From Acidobacteriota bacterium (GTDB taxonomy: Bacteria > Acidobacteriota > Polarisedimenticolia > J045), in assembly GCA_031395565.1 (NCBI GenBank), contig JANNUT010000052.1:17882-81881 (forward strand): 64,000 bases of DNA. The letters run 5' to 3'. Within the stretch, counting starts at the first letter, position 1. Every line of letters starts with the position of its first letter. A model generated the notes under the pieces. That model was not told where the DNA came from, searched no databases, and saw nothing but the letters and a program-made list of their open reading frames with translations. Positions 63,467 to 64,000 of this stretch are shown here, in pieces. Position numbers and translations under genes: made by a program.

Positions 63467-64000
63467 ATGGCTCGGCTATTTTCGAACATCCTCGAAGTCG
63501 TGGGACACACGCCGCTCGTGCGGCTCAACCGCGTCGCGCAGGGCGTCATTCCCGAGATCTACGCCAAGCTCGAGTTCATGAACCCTGGCGGTTCGGTGAA
63601 AGACCGCATTGGGTCAACCATGATCGACGCCGCAGAGCGTGAGGGTCGTCTCCGCCCGGGCGCCACGATCGTCGAAGCGACCGCTGGCAATACCGGTGTC
63701 GGATTGGCGTTGGCGGCCGCGGCCAAGGGTTATCGCTGCGTCTTCGTGCTGCCCGACAAGATGAGCGAGGAAAAAATCAACTTGCTGCGCGCGCATGGTG
63801 CTGAGGTGGTGATCACGCGCAGTAACGTGACGCGCGACGATCCCGAGTACTACCTCAACGTCGCCAAGCGCTTGGCCACCGAGATTCCCGGCGCGTGGTA
63901 TTCCGATCAATGGTCCAATCCCAACAATCCGCTCGCGCATTACCTAACCACCGGGCCCGAAGTTTGGGATGACACCGATGGTCAACTCGATGCGTACGTC
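63467..64000 (+). CDS. PLP-dependent cysteine synthase / cystathionine beta-synthase family protein; 3' end lies outside the window
   Basis: Not in the ORF track because there is no stop inside the window. MARLFSNILEVVGHTPLVRLNRV...AKLEFMNPGGSVKDRIG...ATAGNTGVGLALAAAAKGYRCVFVLPDKMSEEK. The frame is open through base 64000. Confidence 0.85.
   Translation, partial: MARLFSNILEVVGHTPLVRLNRVAQGVIPEIYAKLEFMNPGGSVKDRIGSTMIDAAEREGRLRPGATIVEATAGNTGVGLALAAAAKGYRCVFVLPDKMSEEKINLLRAHGAEVVITRSNVTRDDPEYYLNVAKRLATEIPGAWYSDQWSNPNNPLAHYLTTGPEVWDDTDGQLDAYV

Overview
GC-rich segment of a diderm (Gram-negative type) bacterial chromosome; L-ring and P-ring genes are present. No taxon is assigned.

- 1-12.9 kb: a tightly packed, mostly translationally coupled flagellar cluster. 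Order is flhG (partial), fliA, fliM, fliN, two small ORFs, flgF, flgG, flgA, flgH, flgI, a short flgJ, flgM, flgN, flgK, flgL, fliW, csrA and an HDOD gene, with a convergent fliL.
- 13.39-13.74 kb: tmRNA (ssrA, tag ANNNFALAA). It is followed by 103-bp tandem duplications of its own 3' end.
- 14-39 kb: an accessory-looking block.
  - It carries many small membrane, stress-type and secreted proteins: BON, lmo0937-like, SYLF, glycine-zipper, M48 peptidase and an AI-2E transporter.
  - Signalling genes are a NarL-type regulator with a cytoplasmic HisKA_3 kinase, and a KaiA-less kaiC-kaiB-kaiB-PAS/HisKA_3 kinase operon.
  - It also holds two abutting IS transposase remnants and a degraded duplicate of the M48 peptidase gene.
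  - A 16-20 bp partly palindromic motif recurs about 70-250 bp upstream of at least 11 transcription units, always oriented toward the downstream gene.
- 39-47 kb: an ECF sigma / ZAS anti-sigma / TPR-CHAT operon, and a beta-propeller histidine kinase with a LuxR-type regulator.
- 47-64 kb:
  - a tail-fibre-like secreted protein pair, glutathione peroxidase and phospholipase D;
  - a 0.7 kb gene-free stretch;
  - a lipoprotein, tandem L,D-transpeptidases and tandem TPR paralogues;
  - an aminotransferase and a BtuF-like protein;
  - a photolyase operon;
  - a 3'-truncated cysteine synthase/CBS gene.

Many long ORFs in the six-frame track are antisense shadow ORFs typical of high-GC DNA and were not called. 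The best candidate for an undescribed system is the oriented motif regulon together with the Kai module and the HisKA_3/NarL signalling genes.
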